From Acidobacteriota bacterium (lineage in GTDB: Bacteria > Acidobacteriota > Thermoanaerobaculia > UBA5066 > Gp7-AA6), in the NCBI GenBank assembly GCA_027307335.1, contig DAHUXD010000054.1, positions 4,611 through 68,610 on the forward strand: a stretch of 64,000 nt of DNA, written 5' to 3'. Shown here piece after piece: positions 29,326-39,721 of the stretch. Position numbers and translations under genes: made by a program. Position 1 is the first letter of the stretch. The number at the start of each line of letters is the position of its first letter. The notes under the pieces were generated by a model. It saw nothing but the letters and a program-made list of their open reading frames with translations. It ran no database searches and was not told the DNA's origin.

Positions 29326-30053
29326 GATCCCGGCTCGACGTCGCCCTCGTCGCGCGCGGCCTGGTCCCGACCCGGGAGAAGGCGCAGGCGCTGATCCTGG
29401 CGGGCCGCGTCGCCGTGGACGGGCGGCCCGCGACGAAGGCGGGGCAGCCGGTCGGCGACGACGCGGCGCTCGCGGTCGCCGAGCCGCCCCACCCCTACGT
29501 CTCGCGCGGCGGCGTCAAGCTCGCCGCGGCCCTCGACGGCTTCGGCATCGATCCGGCGGGGAAGACCTGCCTCGACGTCGGCGCCTCGACCGGCGGGTTC
29601 ACCGACTGCCTCCTCCAGCGCGGCGCCGCCCGCGTGTTCGCGGTCGACGTCGGGCACGGCCAGCTCGACGCGAGGCTGCGCGCGGACCCTCGGGTCGTCG
29701 TGCGCGAGAAGGTCAATGCGCGCTCGCTTTCCGAAACGGACGTGCCCGAACCGGTGGACCTCGCGGTCGTCGACGTCTCGTTCATCTCGCTCCGGCTCGT
29801 TCTTCCGCCGGTCGCGGCGCGGGTCCGGCCGGGGGGCGCCGTGGTCGCGCTGGTCAAGCCCCAGTTCGAGGCGGGGCGCGCGGAGGTGCCGAAGGGGGGC
29901 GTCGTGCGCTCGGAGGCGACGCGGCGGCGGGTCGTCTCGGACATCGAGGCGGCCGGGCGCGCGCTCGGCCTCGAGGTCCTCGGGGTGGTCCCGTCGCCGA
30001 TCGCCGGCGCCCGCGGCAACGCCGAGTTTCTGCTGGGTTTTCGTGTAAATTGA
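29322..30053 (+). CDS. tlyA: TlyA family rRNA 2'-O-methyltransferase
   Basis: S4 domain, YVSRGG.KL, DVGASTGGFTD, DVSFISL, KPQFE and GN.EF motifs. Confidence 0.95.
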   Translation: MRSRLDVALVARGLVPTREKAQALILAGRVAVDGRPATKAGQPVGDDAALAVAEPPHPYVSRGGVKLAAALDGFGIDPAGKTCLDVGASTGGFTDCLLQRGAARVFAVDVGHGQLDARLRADPRVVVREKVNARSLSETDVPEPVDLAVVDVSFISLRLVLPPVAARVRPGGAVVALVKPQFEAGRAEVPKGGVVRSEATRRRVVSDIEAAGRALGLEVLGVVPSPIAGARGNAEFLLGFRVN

Positions 30054-30058
30054 ACCGG

Positions 30059-30943
30059 ATGAAGGGTTCGCGCGCGGCGGCGCCGAAATTCCGGCGCATC
30101 GGGATCGTCGCCAAGATGGGGTCCTCGTCGGCCACGACCCTCGCCGCCGCCCTCGAGAAGGCGCTCGCGCGGCGGGGGAGGCGAGTCAGCCTCGACGCGG
30201 AGACGGCCGCGGACCTCGGCCGGGCCGACGGGGTGGCCCGGACCCGCATCGCCCTCGAGACCGATCTCGTGGTCGTCCTCGGCGGGGACGGGACCCTCCT
30301 GTCGGTCGCCCGGAGCGCGCCGCCGGACACCCCGCTCCTCGGCGTGAACCTCGGCACGCTCGGGTTCCTGTCGGGCCTCGCGCGCCGCGAGGTCCTCGCG
30401 CGGCTCGACGACGTGCTCGGCGGCCGTTTCCGGGAGGACCGGCGGCGCCGCATGGACGTGACGATCACGCGGGGGCCGCACCACGGGACATACCGTGTGC
30501 TCAATGACGCGGTGCTCAACCGCGAGGCGCTCGCGCGCATCTCGACCTTCACGGTGGCGCTCGACGGCCGGCCGGTCGCCGAGTTCCGCGCGGACGGGGT
30601 GATCGTCTCGACCCCGACGGGCTCGACCGCCTACAACCTGTCGGCCGGGGGTCCGATCCTGCACCCGGCCCTGCCCGCGATCGTCATCACCCCGATCTGC
30701 CCGCACTCGCTCGGCCAGCGGCCGCTCGTCGTCTCCGACACCACGCAGATCCGGCTGACGGTGCTCGGCCCCGAGCGGCGGGACGGCGGCGTGTACCTGA
30801 CCCTCGACGGCCAGGAGGGTTTCCCCGTGCTCGCGGGGAGCCCGACGGACATCAAGTCGAGTGCCGCCTCCGTCACGCTGCTGCGGCCCGCGGAGCTCGA
30901 CCACTTCGATCAGCTCGCGGGCAAGCTTTCCTGGGGCGTCTGA
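30059..30943 (+). CDS. nadK: NAD(+) kinase
   Basis: LGGDGTLL, GVNLGTLGFL, LND and DGVIVSTPTGSTAYNLSAGGP motifs. Confidence 0.95.
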   Translation: MKGSRAAAPKFRRIGIVAKMGSSSATTLAAALEKALARRGRRVSLDAETAADLGRADGVARTRIALETDLVVVLGGDGTLLSVARSAPPDTPLLGVNLGTLGFLSGLARREVLARLDDVLGGRFREDRRRRMDVTITRGPHHGTYRVLNDAVLNREALARISTFTVALDGRPVAEFRADGVIVSTPTGSTAYNLSAGGPILHPALPAIVITPICPHSLGQRPLVVSDTTQIRLTVLGPERRDGGVYLTLDGQEGFPVLAGSPTDIKSSAASVTLLRPAELDHFDQLAGKLSWGV

Positions 30944-30955
30944 CCGCGCGGGGCC

Positions 30956-33900
30956 ATGGCGGGTGACGAGACGCGCGACGACCGCCCCGCTGAGGCGCCC
31001 CACGAGGCGCAGAGGCTCTCGACCGCCCGGCTCTTCTTAATCGTCCTCGTCTTCCTCGCCCTCTCCGCCTACGCGATCTGGAACTCCGACCGTTTCCAGG
31101 CGCTCTTCCAGGGCGTCTCGGAGGAGAAGCTGTCGGCGCTCCTGCAGCGGCCGGTCGCCTTCCGCCGCGTCGATTTCCAGATCTTCCCGCCGTCGATTCA
31201 CCTCGCCGATGTCCGCGTCGGCAACGACCCGCGGATTCCGGACCGCGCGATGCTCGAGGCGGAGGAGCTCACGATCGGCGGCGGCGTATCGGTCACCGGC
31301 GGGGAGCTCCGCTTCGGCCGCGTGCGGGCGATCAAGCCCCGCATCGAGCTCGTGCAGTTTCCCGATGGGACGTGGAACCTCCCGCCGGGGCTCTCCCGCC
31401 CGGCGGGAAAGGGCGGGGGCGGCCTCTCGGTGCGCATCGGCGAGCTCGTGGTCCAGAGCGGCGTCTTCGAGTTCGAAGGGCGCAAGACCGGCCTCGACGG
31501 CCGTTTCGAGGGCTTCGCCGCGGAGCTCGAGGCCCTGCCCGCGAACCGGTACCGCGGCACGTTCATCTGCAGACGGACGACGCTCCACTTCTCCGGCGCC
31601 GAGCCGCTCGTGTTCGGCGTGGACCTCGCGTTCCGCCTGGGCCCGCGCACGGGACTCCAGGTCGAGTCGGCGCGCGTCGACGGCGACTTCGGCGAGCTGC
31701 GCGCCTCGGGAGCGGTCGAGGACCTCAAGAATCCGGAGCTGCTGCTGCGCGTGGCGGCGGACCTGCACGTCGCGGAGGTCGAGCGCGTCTTCCACTCCGC
31801 CCTCGGGTTCGGCGGCGACGCGGCGGTCGAGGCCGAGCTGTCGCTCCCGCCGGGCGGCGAGTTCCGGATCGGCGGAAAGCTCTCGGTGCCGAAGCTCGAC
31901 GCCAAGGGCTTCCTGATCGAGAACTTCGCGGCGAGCGTCATCGCGCGTCCCGACGCGCTGATCGGCCGGATCGAGCGGGGCCGCTACGCCGGCGGCGACC
32001 TCTCCGGCGTGTACCGGATCGAGGGCCTCGCGGGCGGCGGCGGGAAGGCCTCGCCCATGACCCTCTCTCTCGACGGCAGGGGGATCTCGGTCGAGCGCTT
32101 CTTCGCCGACATCCACCTCCCCGGCACCGGGCTCTCGGGGTCCGCCGCGCTGTCGGCGACGCTGCGCTGGGCGGAAGGCGGCATCGAGCGCGCCAACGGC
32201 GCCGCGCGGCTGGCGATCGAGGCGGGTCCGCCCGCTTCGATCGTGCGCGGGCGCTTCGGCATCCCGGTCGCCGGCGGCGGCGCGATGCCCGTGGTGGACG
32301 GCCGGATCCTCTTCGAGGGCGCCGCCTTCCGGCTCGCGACGTCCACGCTCGAGCTGACCGGAGGACTCCGGATCGGCGAGTGGATGCCGGACTTCGACTT
32401 CAAGCTCCGCTCGCGGGAGCTCGTCGAGGTCGACCGGATCTTCCAGAATTTCGAGGCGGCGTCCGGATCCTCGCCCTCGCCGCTCGGCCTCGCGGGCAGC
32501 GGCGACGTCGACGGGCACGTCGCGAGGTCGTGGAGCGATCCCGACGCGTCCGCCCGCTTCACGGCGGAGAACGCGCGCTACGGGGGCGTCCTCTTCGGAA
32601 GCGTGCGCGGGGCCGCCGACATGCACGACGGCGCCTTCGTCTTCCGTCCGCTCCGCGTCTACGAGGGGAGCACGACGCTCTCGCTCGAGGGCGCGATCCG
32701 GTACCGGAAGGACCCGAACCGGCCGACGTTCGACTTCGTGATGACCGCCAAGGACTGGCCCGTGAAGCGCCTGCTCGAGTACCTCGAGCTCGACTATCCG
32801 ATCGAGGGGCGGGTGACGGGGAGCTTCCCGATCCAGGGATCGCCGCCGACCGCGGTCACGGGCGGCGGCGTCGCGGCGCTCGACGACGCGGTGTTCTGGG
32901 GCCAGAAGATCCCGCGCATGACGGGAAAGATGCTGCTGTCGCCCGGAACGTTCACGATCGACGACCTGCGCGCCGAGATCGGCGGCGGCATGGTGGGCGG
33001 CCGCATCTCGATCGCCTATCGCGACAAGGCGTTCGAGGCGCGCGCGGCGGGCGACGGCGTTCCGCTCGAGTCGATCGCGATGCTCGAGCGGTTCTCGAAG
33101 GACGTGTCGGGCAGCGTCTCGTTCGACCTCGCCGCCTCCGGCTCGTTCCGCCGGCCCGATCTGACCGCGACCGCGCGGCTCTCGCAGGCCTCCTTCTACG
33201 GGCACCCGATCCCGGAGGCCCTGTCGCCACGCCTCTCCGCGCGCGTGACGCACGGCGTCGTGGACGCGAGCGCCACCGTGCCGGGCCAGTGGACGCTCAC
33301 CGCGAAGGGCGACGCGGGCGCCACGCCGGTGGAGTTCGACGTCGGCGTCGACGCGCCCGACGTCGCGAGCCTCCTCCTCTTCACGCCGGCGGCGCTCCCG
33401 CAGGGCGACGGCGGCGCGCTCGCCGCGCACGGCCGGATCCGCCTCCCGTCGCGCGAGGGAGAGTGGCCGTCGGGGCGATTCACCGTCACCGAGGCGCGGC
33501 TCGACGCGCGGGATCACCCCAACCTGGTGCGCGTGGACGGCGACGTGCCCGTGTCGATCGCGTCGGGACGCATCGCCATCGAGCGCCTGCACGCCGTCGG
33601 CGACGGGATCGACTTTCGCGTCTCGGCGGCCGCGGACCTCTCCGGCGACAAGCCGGTGATCGAGGGACGCCTCAACGGGTCGACGGACGCGGCAATTCTG
33701 GCGCTCGTCGCGCCCGACGTCGGCCTCTCGGGCCGGATCGTGCTCGACGTCGGCGTCGCCGGGACGGCCGACGCGCCGTCATGGAGCGGCGGCGTGCGCA
33801 TCGAGAACGGGCGCTACCGCACCGCGGGGTACTCGTTCGACGACATCGAGGGCGGCGTGCGTCTCGTCGGTCAGTCGGCGGAGATCGAGGGCCTCCGCGC

Positions 33901-34927
33901 CAAGGTCGCCGACGGCGAGGCCTTCCTCTCGGGCAACCTGCGGTTCGACGGCACGCGGCTGAAGGACTTCCGTCTCGCGGCGCAGGGACGCCGCCTCGGC
34001 GTCCGCGCGGTCCCGGCGCTCCGCCTGACGCTCGACGCCGACCTCGTGGCGACCGGCAACGAGTCGGACAATCAGATCCGCGGCGAGATCACGCTTCTGC
34101 GCGGCACCTACTCGAAGGACGTCGAGATCACTCTGAACGACATCCTGGAGCGCTCGCGGCCGACCGGGGCGATTCCGGCGCGGGAAGCGTGGAAGGAACG
34201 GACGACGCTCGACGTGCGGATCGTTTCGGCGGCGGCCCTCGAGGTGCGCAACAACCTCGCTCGCCTCTCCGGGACGGTGGACCTGCGCGTGCGGGGGACG
34301 CTGGCGGATCCCGCGCTCCTCGGCCAGGTGATCCTCGACGAGGGCGGGAGCGTCGTCTTCAGCGACATCCGCTACGAGGTCGAGGCCGGCACGCTCACGT
34401 TCTCCAACGCGTCCCGCATCGCGCCCTTCGTGGACATCCGCGCGCGTGCCGAGGTCAAGGGCTACAACCTGGTCGTGATGCTCGCCGGCACGTGGCCGCG
34501 GATCGCGGCGAACTTCACGTCGGACCCGCCGCTCCCGAACGATGCCATCCTGGGACTCCTGCTCTCGGGCTCGCCGCCGGACACCCGGTTCCCGACCGAC
34601 ACCGCGAACCAGCTCGTCTCGGCGGCGGGCGGCGCGGTGGCGGGCGCGGCCACGGCGCCGCTGCGCGAGCAGACCCGGCGGCTGTTCAAGCTCGACCGCT
34701 TCCAGATCGAGCCGGTCTTCACCGGCAGCCAGATCACGACGGTGCGATCGACGATCGGCAAGCAGATCACCCCCGATCTGGCGGTCACTTCCTCGATCGC
34801 GCTCGACTCGAGCAAGGAGCCGATCATCCGCGTCGAGTGGCAGGCGACCAACGACATCTTCGTCGAGCTCCTGCGGGACGACACCGGGATCCTTTCGGTG
34901 AGCGTGCGGAGACGGCAGCGCCTGTGA
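30956..34927 (+). CDS. Translocation/assembly module TamB (AsmA-like) protein
   Basis: N-terminal TM anchor, long beta-rich repeats, and C-terminal TamB-like region (FTSDPPLP..AILGLL, IGKQIT). Confidence 0.82.
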   Translation: MAGDETRDDRPAEAPHEAQRLSTARLFLIVLVFLALSAYAIWNSDRFQALFQGVSEEKLSALLQRPVAFRRVDFQIFPPSIHLADVRVGNDPRIPDRAMLEAEELTIGGGVSVTGGELRFGRVRAIKPRIELVQFPDGTWNLPPGLSRPAGKGGGGLSVRIGELVVQSGVFEFEGRKTGLDGRFEGFAAELEALPANRYRGTFICRRTTLHFSGAEPLVFGVDLAFRLGPRTGLQVESARVDGDFGELRASGAVEDLKNPELLLRVAADLHVAEVERVFHSALGFGGDAAVEAELSLPPGGEFRIGGKLSVPKLDAKGFLIENFAASVIARPDALIGRIERGRYAGGDLSGVYRIEGLAGGGGKASPMTLSLDGRGISVERFFADIHLPGTGLSGSAALSATLRWAEGGIERANGAARLAIEAGPPASIVRGRFGIPVAGGGAMPVVDGRILFEGAAFRLATSTLELTGGLRIGEWMPDFDFKLRSRELVEVDRIFQNFEAASGSSPSPLGLAGSGDVDGHVARSWSDPDASARFTAENARYGGVLFGSVRGAADMHDGAFVFRPLRVYEGSTTLSLEGAIRYRKDPNRPTFDFVMTAKDWPVKRLLEYLELDYPIEGRVTGSFPIQGSPPTAVTGGGVAALDDAVFWGQKIPRMTGKMLLSPGTFTIDDLRAEIGGGMVGGRISIAYRDKAFEARAAGDGVPLESIAMLERFSKDVSGSVSFDLAASGSFRRPDLTATARLSQASFYGHPIPEALSPRLSARVTHGVVDASATVPGQWTLTAKGDAGATPVEFDVGVDAPDVASLLLFTPAALPQGDGGALAAHGRIRLPSREGEWPSGRFTVTEARLDARDHPNLVRVDGDVPVSIASGRIAIERLHAVGDGIDFRVSAAADLSGDKPVIEGRLNGSTDAAILALVAPDVGLSGRIVLDVGVAGTADAPSWSGGVRIENGRYRTAGYSFDDIEGGVRLVGQSAEIEGLRAKVADGEAFLSGNLRFDGTRLKDFRLAAQGRRLGVRAVPALRLTLDADLVATGNESDNQIRGEITLLRGTYSKDVEITLNDILERSRPTGAIPAREAWKERTTLDVRIVSAAALEVRNNLARLSGTVDLRVRGTLADPALLGQVILDEGGSVVFSDIRYEVEAGTLTFSNASRIAPFVDIRARAEVKGYNLVVMLAGTWPRIAANFTSDPPLPNDAILGLLLSGSPPDTRFPTDTANQLVSAAGGAVAGAATAPLREQTRRLFKLDRFQIEPVFTGSQITTVRSTIGKQITPDLAVTSSIALDSSKEPIIRVEWQATNDIFVELLRDDTGILSVSVRRRQRL

Positions 34928-37900
34928 CGCAGCGGCGCCTCGCGGGAGTCGTCCTCGGCTTCGCCCTCGCCGGCATTGTCTCCGCGGCGGAGGACGGCTC
35001 GTCCGAGCTCTTCGGGAAGCCGGTCTCCTCGATCTCGTACACGTGCGACGGACCGGCCGACACGAAGGAGATCGCCGGCCTGGTCGCGTTCCGGATCGGC
35101 CGCCCCCTCACCGAGGACGACACCGGGACGACCGTCCAGAACCTCTTTGCCACCCTCGACTACTCGAACGTGGTGGTCGAAGCGGATCCGGCCCCGAACG
35201 GCGGCGTCGACGTCGTCGTGCATCTCTGGCGCGCCTATCGAGTCGCCCTCACCTTCGAGGGGCGCGCGCACCTCTCCCATCTCGAGCTCCTCAGGGCGGT
35301 CCCCCTGCAGGAGCGCGGGCCCTTCCACGCGGGCGCCCTGGCCGAGGGCGCGAGCGCGATCGCGCGCCGGCTCGCGGCCGAGGGCTACATCCACGCGGTC
35401 GTCGAGCCGGACGTCGAGTTCGAGCCGGCGACCTTCACGGCGCACGTCGCCTACCGGATCGAGGCGGGACCGAGGGCGGTCTTCGCGGAGCCTTTCTTCG
35501 ATGGCAGCGTGGCCCCGTACGCCACGGCCACTCTCGCCGAGAAGCTGAAGGTGAGGGTGGGAAAGCCTTACCGGGAGGCGAGAGCGCGGTCGGGGGCCGA
35601 GCGGCTGCACAAGTTCCTGCTCAGGGACGGGCGGTTTCGCGCCAGCGTCGACCTGATCGCCGCCGAGCCCGTCGAGGGGGGCGCGTCGATCCGCCCCGTC
35701 TACCGGATCGACGTCGGCCCGGAGTTCCGGATCGACGCGACCGGCATCAAGGAGAAGACCGTCCGCAACGAGATCCTCGGCCTGCTGGAAGGGCAGAGTT
35801 TCGACGAGGACCTTCTCGCGCAGTGGCAGGACACGACGCGGGAGGACCTGCAGCGCAAGGGCCGCTACCGCGCCGTGGTCGAGACGAAGACCGAGGGCAC
35901 GGACCCGGTGACGCTCCACGTTTCCGTCAACGAGGGCGGGAAGTTTGCCGTCGAGCGCATCACGTTCGCGGGCAACTCGTCCGTCTCGGACAAGACGCTG
36001 CAGGAGCTCATGGTCACCCGGCCGAAGGGACTGCCGTTCGTCCAGAACGGGTACATCATCGACGACGAGCTCCAGAAGGACGTCGACGCGATTCTCGGTT
36101 ACTACCAGACCCGCGGCTGGATTGGCGCCCGCGTCGAGAAGCCCGCCGTCACCGACGCCGCGAAGCCGGGGCGGCTCGACATCGCGATCCGGATCGAGGA
36201 AGGCACGCGCACGTACCTGGCCAGCCGGAAGGTCGAGGGTGCCGAGCACCTCTCCGAGGCGGACATCGACGAGATCGTCGTTCAGAAGGTCGGCGAGCCG
36301 TTCAACCCCAGCCTCGTCCGCCAGGACGGCGCCGCTCTCACGAACCGTTACTGGAACACCGGCTGGCGGGAGGCGGTCGTGCGCGACCACTGGACCCTGT
36401 CCGCCGATCGCACGAAGGCGGACGTCGTCTTCGCGGTGGACGAGGGCATGCGGACCTTCTTCGGGAAGACGATCATCCGGGGAAACGCGTACACCGAGAT
36501 GAAGCGGATCACGCGGCAGGTCGCGTGGAAGGAGGGCGACCCCTTCTCGGAGGAGAAGATCGCGGACACGCAGAGGAACCTCGCGCGCGCCGGCGTCTTC
36601 CGGTCGATCGACGTCCGGCCGCAGCCCGCCGATCCCGAGAACCAGGAACACACGGTGGACATCAACCTCTCGGAGGCGCGGCGGATCTCGCTGCTCTACG
36701 GCGTCGGTTACCAGTACGCTCCGGGCGCCAACAACCCGAACGACCCGTTCGCGACGGCCGGAATCACCTACCGCAATCTCTTCGGCCGGATGCAGTCGCT
36801 CAACCTCGAGGCGCAATACGCCCCGTTCTCGCACCGCGGCTACGGCGTGCTGAACTTCCAGGAGCCGTACCTCTTCGACACCAACTATCCGCTGACGGTG
36901 GCGGGCTTCATCAGCCGCGAGCCGATTCAGCAGGTGGACATCGACCGCCTGGGGGCGTTCGTCGAGTCGACGCGCCAGTTCGGCTTTCTCCGGGTCGGCC
37001 TCCGCTACTCGTACCAGTACATCAGTCCCACCAACCCGAACGACATCGGGACGATTGCCCTCGAGAAGTACCCGCTGTCCGCGTTTCCGGTGCAGCAGTC
37101 CGCCATCACGCCGAGCCTCCTCTACGATCGCCGTGACGACGTGCTCGACCCGCACAAGGGCTGGTACGCGTCGATGGCGGGCGGCTACGCGTTTCCGTTC
37201 CTGTCGGCGACCGCGCAGTACGGCAAGGTATCCGGGCAGGTCGCGTCCTTCTGGAGCGTTCCCGGCGGCGTGCTCGCGGCCTCCTTCCGCGCGGGCGGCA
37301 TCTACGGCAATCTCGAATCGGTGCCGATCGCGGAAAAGTTCTTCGCCGGGGGGTCGTCGTCGGCGCGCGGCTACGACACGAATCTGGAAGGCATTCCCGC
37401 GTTGCTGGATGAGAACGGAAATATCAAGGACCGGACCGCGATCACCGTCGACTACAACACCCAGGCCACGCCGCACTCGGACCAGACGCCCGGGGCGGTG
37501 CCCTGCAAGGAGCTGTATCCCGTTCAGACGCAGCAGAACCCGGTCCTCGCGCAGTACGACTGCAGTCCCGGGCCGCGCATCGTCGGCGGGAATAGCTTTC
37601 TCGCCATGGGTCTCGAGTATCGCGTCCCGATTGCCGGCAACCTCGGACTGTCGCTCTTCTACGATCTCGCCCAGGTCTGGGCGAATCCCGGAGACATCAA
37701 CTTTCACATCGGCGGCGGCGGCACGGGATTGACGCAGTCCGTCGGCATCGGAATCCACTACATGACGCCGATCGGACCGCTGCGGTTCGAGTATGGGCGG
37801 CCGGTCGTGCTCGAGACGATCCCCTTTCAGATCACGAGAACTGACCACTGCAAGGAAACCGCACCGCCGGGCTCCGCCGACGCATGCGTGATGGCTCCGG

Positions 37901-37971
37901 GGAAGGGCATCGACACGCCGACCATCAAGCAGACCGGACGCATCTTTCTGTCGATCGGGTATCCGTTCTAG
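34924..37971 (+). CDS. Omp85 (BamA/TamA family) outer-membrane protein with multiple POTRA domains
   Basis: GTG 34924 with signal peptide, POTRA repeats (ITFAGN, IIRGN), barrel motifs EKFFAGG..ARGY, GG..F, TPIGPLRFEYG, terminal SIGYPF. Confidence 0.87.
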   Translation: MTQRRLAGVVLGFALAGIVSAAEDGSSELFGKPVSSISYTCDGPADTKEIAGLVAFRIGRPLTEDDTGTTVQNLFATLDYSNVVVEADPAPNGGVDVVVHLWRAYRVALTFEGRAHLSHLELLRAVPLQERGPFHAGALAEGASAIARRLAAEGYIHAVVEPDVEFEPATFTAHVAYRIEAGPRAVFAEPFFDGSVAPYATATLAEKLKVRVGKPYREARARSGAERLHKFLLRDGRFRASVDLIAAEPVEGGASIRPVYRIDVGPEFRIDATGIKEKTVRNEILGLLEGQSFDEDLLAQWQDTTREDLQRKGRYRAVVETKTEGTDPVTLHVSVNEGGKFAVERITFAGNSSVSDKTLQELMVTRPKGLPFVQNGYIIDDELQKDVDAILGYYQTRGWIGARVEKPAVTDAAKPGRLDIAIRIEEGTRTYLASRKVEGAEHLSEADIDEIVVQKVGEPFNPSLVRQDGAALTNRYWNTGWREAVVRDHWTLSADRTKADVVFAVDEGMRTFFGKTIIRGNAYTEMKRITRQVAWKEGDPFSEEKIADTQRNLARAGVFRSIDVRPQPADPENQEHTVDINLSEARRISLLYGVGYQYAPGANNPNDPFATAGITYRNLFGRMQSLNLEAQYAPFSHRGYGVLNFQEPYLFDTNYPLTVAGFISREPIQQVDIDRLGAFVESTRQFGFLRVGLRYSYQYISPTNPNDIGTIALEKYPLSAFPVQQSAITPSLLYDRRDDVLDPHKGWYASMAGGYAFPFLSATAQYGKVSGQVASFWSVPGGVLAASFRAGGIYGNLESVPIAEKFFAGGSSSARGYDTNLEGIPALLDENGNIKDRTAITVDYNTQATPHSDQTPGAVPCKELYPVQTQQNPVLAQYDCSPGPRIVGGNSFLAMGLEYRVPIAGNLGLSLFYDLAQVWANPGDINFHIGGGGTGLTQSVGIGIHYMTPIGPLRFEYGRPVVLETIPFQITRTDHCKETAPPGSADACVMAPGKGIDTPTIKQTGRIFLSIGYPF

Positions 37972-37973
37972 AA

Positions 37974-38001
37974 GATGAGGGATGCGAGATGCGGGATCGC
38001 G
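37974..38001. repeat. Heptamer tandem repeat GATG(A/C)G(G/A)-like x4
   Basis: GATGAGG GATGCGA GATGCGG GATCGCG. Confidence 0.5.
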
Positions 38002-38015
38002 CTAGAATCGAGCCG

Positions 38016-38246
38016 ATGCCTCTCTTCGAGTACCGCTGTCGCGACTGCGGGAAGCGCTTCGAGGAGTTCGTCCTCGGCGACGCGAAGCCGGAGTGTCCGT
38101 CCTGCCACGGGAAGAAGCTCGAGAAGCTCCTCTCGGTCTTCGCGGTGTCCTCGTCCGGAAGCTCGTCGTCCGTCTCGTCGGAGCCGATGGGCGGGTGCGG
38201 ATCGTGCGGCGATCCGCGCGGCCCCGGCTCCTGCGGAATGAACTAA
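38016..38246 (+). CDS. FmdB family zinc-ribbon protein
   Basis: MPLFEYRCRDCG..FE...CPSC...LEKLLS motif and C-terminal CGSC...C. Confidence 0.88.
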   Translation: MPLFEYRCRDCGKRFEEFVLGDAKPECPSCHGKKLEKLLSVFAVSSSGSSSSVSSEPMGGCGSCGDPRGPGSCGMN

Positions 38247-38334
38247 GTCGCGGCCGCCCCGCTCTCTGTTTGAGCGGCGCTCGACGCGCCGACATGAGAG
38301 GGAGCGTCGCCCGACGCGGCATTCCCGTTCCTGG

Positions 38335-39696
38335 TCAGGGTTCGGCGACCGCCCGAACGCCGGCATCCCGGGGCAGGCGGCGCTCCTCCGCCGCGAGCAG
38401 CGCGCGGAGCGTCTCCGGGTCGTCCTGCGTCGAGGCGGAGAGCCCGGTGAACGGCGCCTCGGCGAGGGCCTCCCGCCACGGCAGGGCGGCAAGGCCGCCG
38501 CTCTGCAGCGCGCGGATCAGCTTCAGGGTCCGGAACGCGTCGAACCACGTGTGGAAGTGGCGGAGCATCGTGGCGGGTCCGTTCGACTTCCCGATCGCCT
38601 CGCGCAGCGCCGCGAATGCGCCCATCTTCTCGAGGCTCCCGACGAGGAGCTCCGCCCGGAAGAAGGGGTTCTCGGGCGGCAGCTCCTCGAGCGCCGCCTC
38701 GAGCCGCCCTCCCGAGCGGGCCACGGATTCGAGCGCGCGCAGCCACGCCGCGAGGTGCGCGAACGCCAGCGGGTGATACAGGCGGAAGCCCGCGAGCGCG
38801 CCCTTCTTTCCGAGGAGCTGCGACAGCGCCTTGCCCGTGCCGAACGGCACGCGATCGGAGATGCGGCCCTCGAGGAGAAACGGCGTTCCCGACAGCCGCG
38901 CGATGGGCCCGACCTTCGCGAGCTTGTCGAGGACGTAGAAGTCCTCCGCGGCGTTCTTGCGCGGGAAGCCGCGCACGGCGGCGTAGGCGAGCGGCCGCAC
39001 GGCGATGCAGCTGCCCATCGCCTGGTAGGCATACGGGGAACCGGCCCACGCGAGCCCGAGCACGTAGTAACGCAGCGAGATCTCGTAGAGACGCGCGGCA
39101 AGCGCGAGCTCCGGGTCGCGATCGAGACGGTGCTCGTAGAAGTAGATCGCCGCCGCGAGCCGCTCGTCGCGGAGGGCCCGCGTCTGATCGAAGAGGTCGT
39201 TCGCGAGCACGGTGTCCGCGTCGGTGTTGTGGATCCAGCCCGCCGAGAGGCGCCCGGCCGCGTGGAGGCGCAGGACGAAGTCGTTGCCGATCTTGCGCGC
39301 GAGACCCACCCCCTGGCCCTCCGGCAGGAAGCGTCCGGGCGCGGCGCGGTCGATCGCGACCACGGTGCCGTTCGGGTACCCGAGCGCGAGGACCGGCGGA
39401 TCGGCGGAGAGCTCGCGGGCCGTACGGGCGGACTCGACGAGGCGCGCGCTCGCCGCGCGGTTCGCGTCGTGGACCCTGGCCGGCGAGTCGGCCCGCGCGT
39501 TGACGACCACCACGACGAGAGTGTCTCCGGCCGCGCCGCGCGGCACCGAGCCGAGGGTGTCGAAGAGGCTCTGTCCCTCGCCGTAGGCCGGGACCACGAC
39601 GGCGTTGCCGAAGACTCCCTCGAGACGATCGGCCGCGGCGGCCTCGGGTTCGGCGTGCCGCGACAGGTATGCCGCGATCGGGTCCTTCGGGCTCAC
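38335..39696 (-). CDS. Uncharacterised GT-A (glycosyltransferase 2-like) fold protein
   Basis: VVVPAYGE, GVGLARKIG, TDAD (DxD), GS, EDFY and RVPFGTG motifs. Confidence 0.7.
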   Translation of the reverse strand: MSPKDPIAAYLSRHAEPEAAAADRLEGVFGNAVVVPAYGEGQSLFDTLGSVPRGAAGDTLVVVVVNARADSPARVHDANRAASARLVESARTARELSADPPVLALGYPNGTVVAIDRAAPGRFLPEGQGVGLARKIGNDFVLRLHAAGRLSAGWIHNTDADTVLANDLFDQTRALRDERLAAAIYFYEHRLDRDPELALAARLYEISLRYYVLGLAWAGSPYAYQAMGSCIAVRPLAYAAVRGFPRKNAAEDFYVLDKLAKVGPIARLSGTPFLLEGRISDRVPFGTGKALSQLLGKKGALAGFRLYHPLAFAHLAAWLRALESVARSGGRLEAALEELPPENPFFRAELLVGSLEKMGAFAALREAIGKSNGPATMLRHFHTWFDAFRTLKLIRALQSGGLAALPWREALAEAPFTGLSASTQDDPETLRALLAAEERRLPRDAGVRAVAEP

Positions 39697-39721
39697 GGGG
39701 CGAGTCTATTCGCGGCGGGCG

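Noticed and set aside
31372..37971. 2199-aa ORF suggesting a giant TamB-TamA fusion
   Set aside because: The N-terminal ~1180 aa are Arg/Gly/Pro-rich off-frame translation over tamB. The real Omp85 gene starts at GTG 34924 with a signal peptide.
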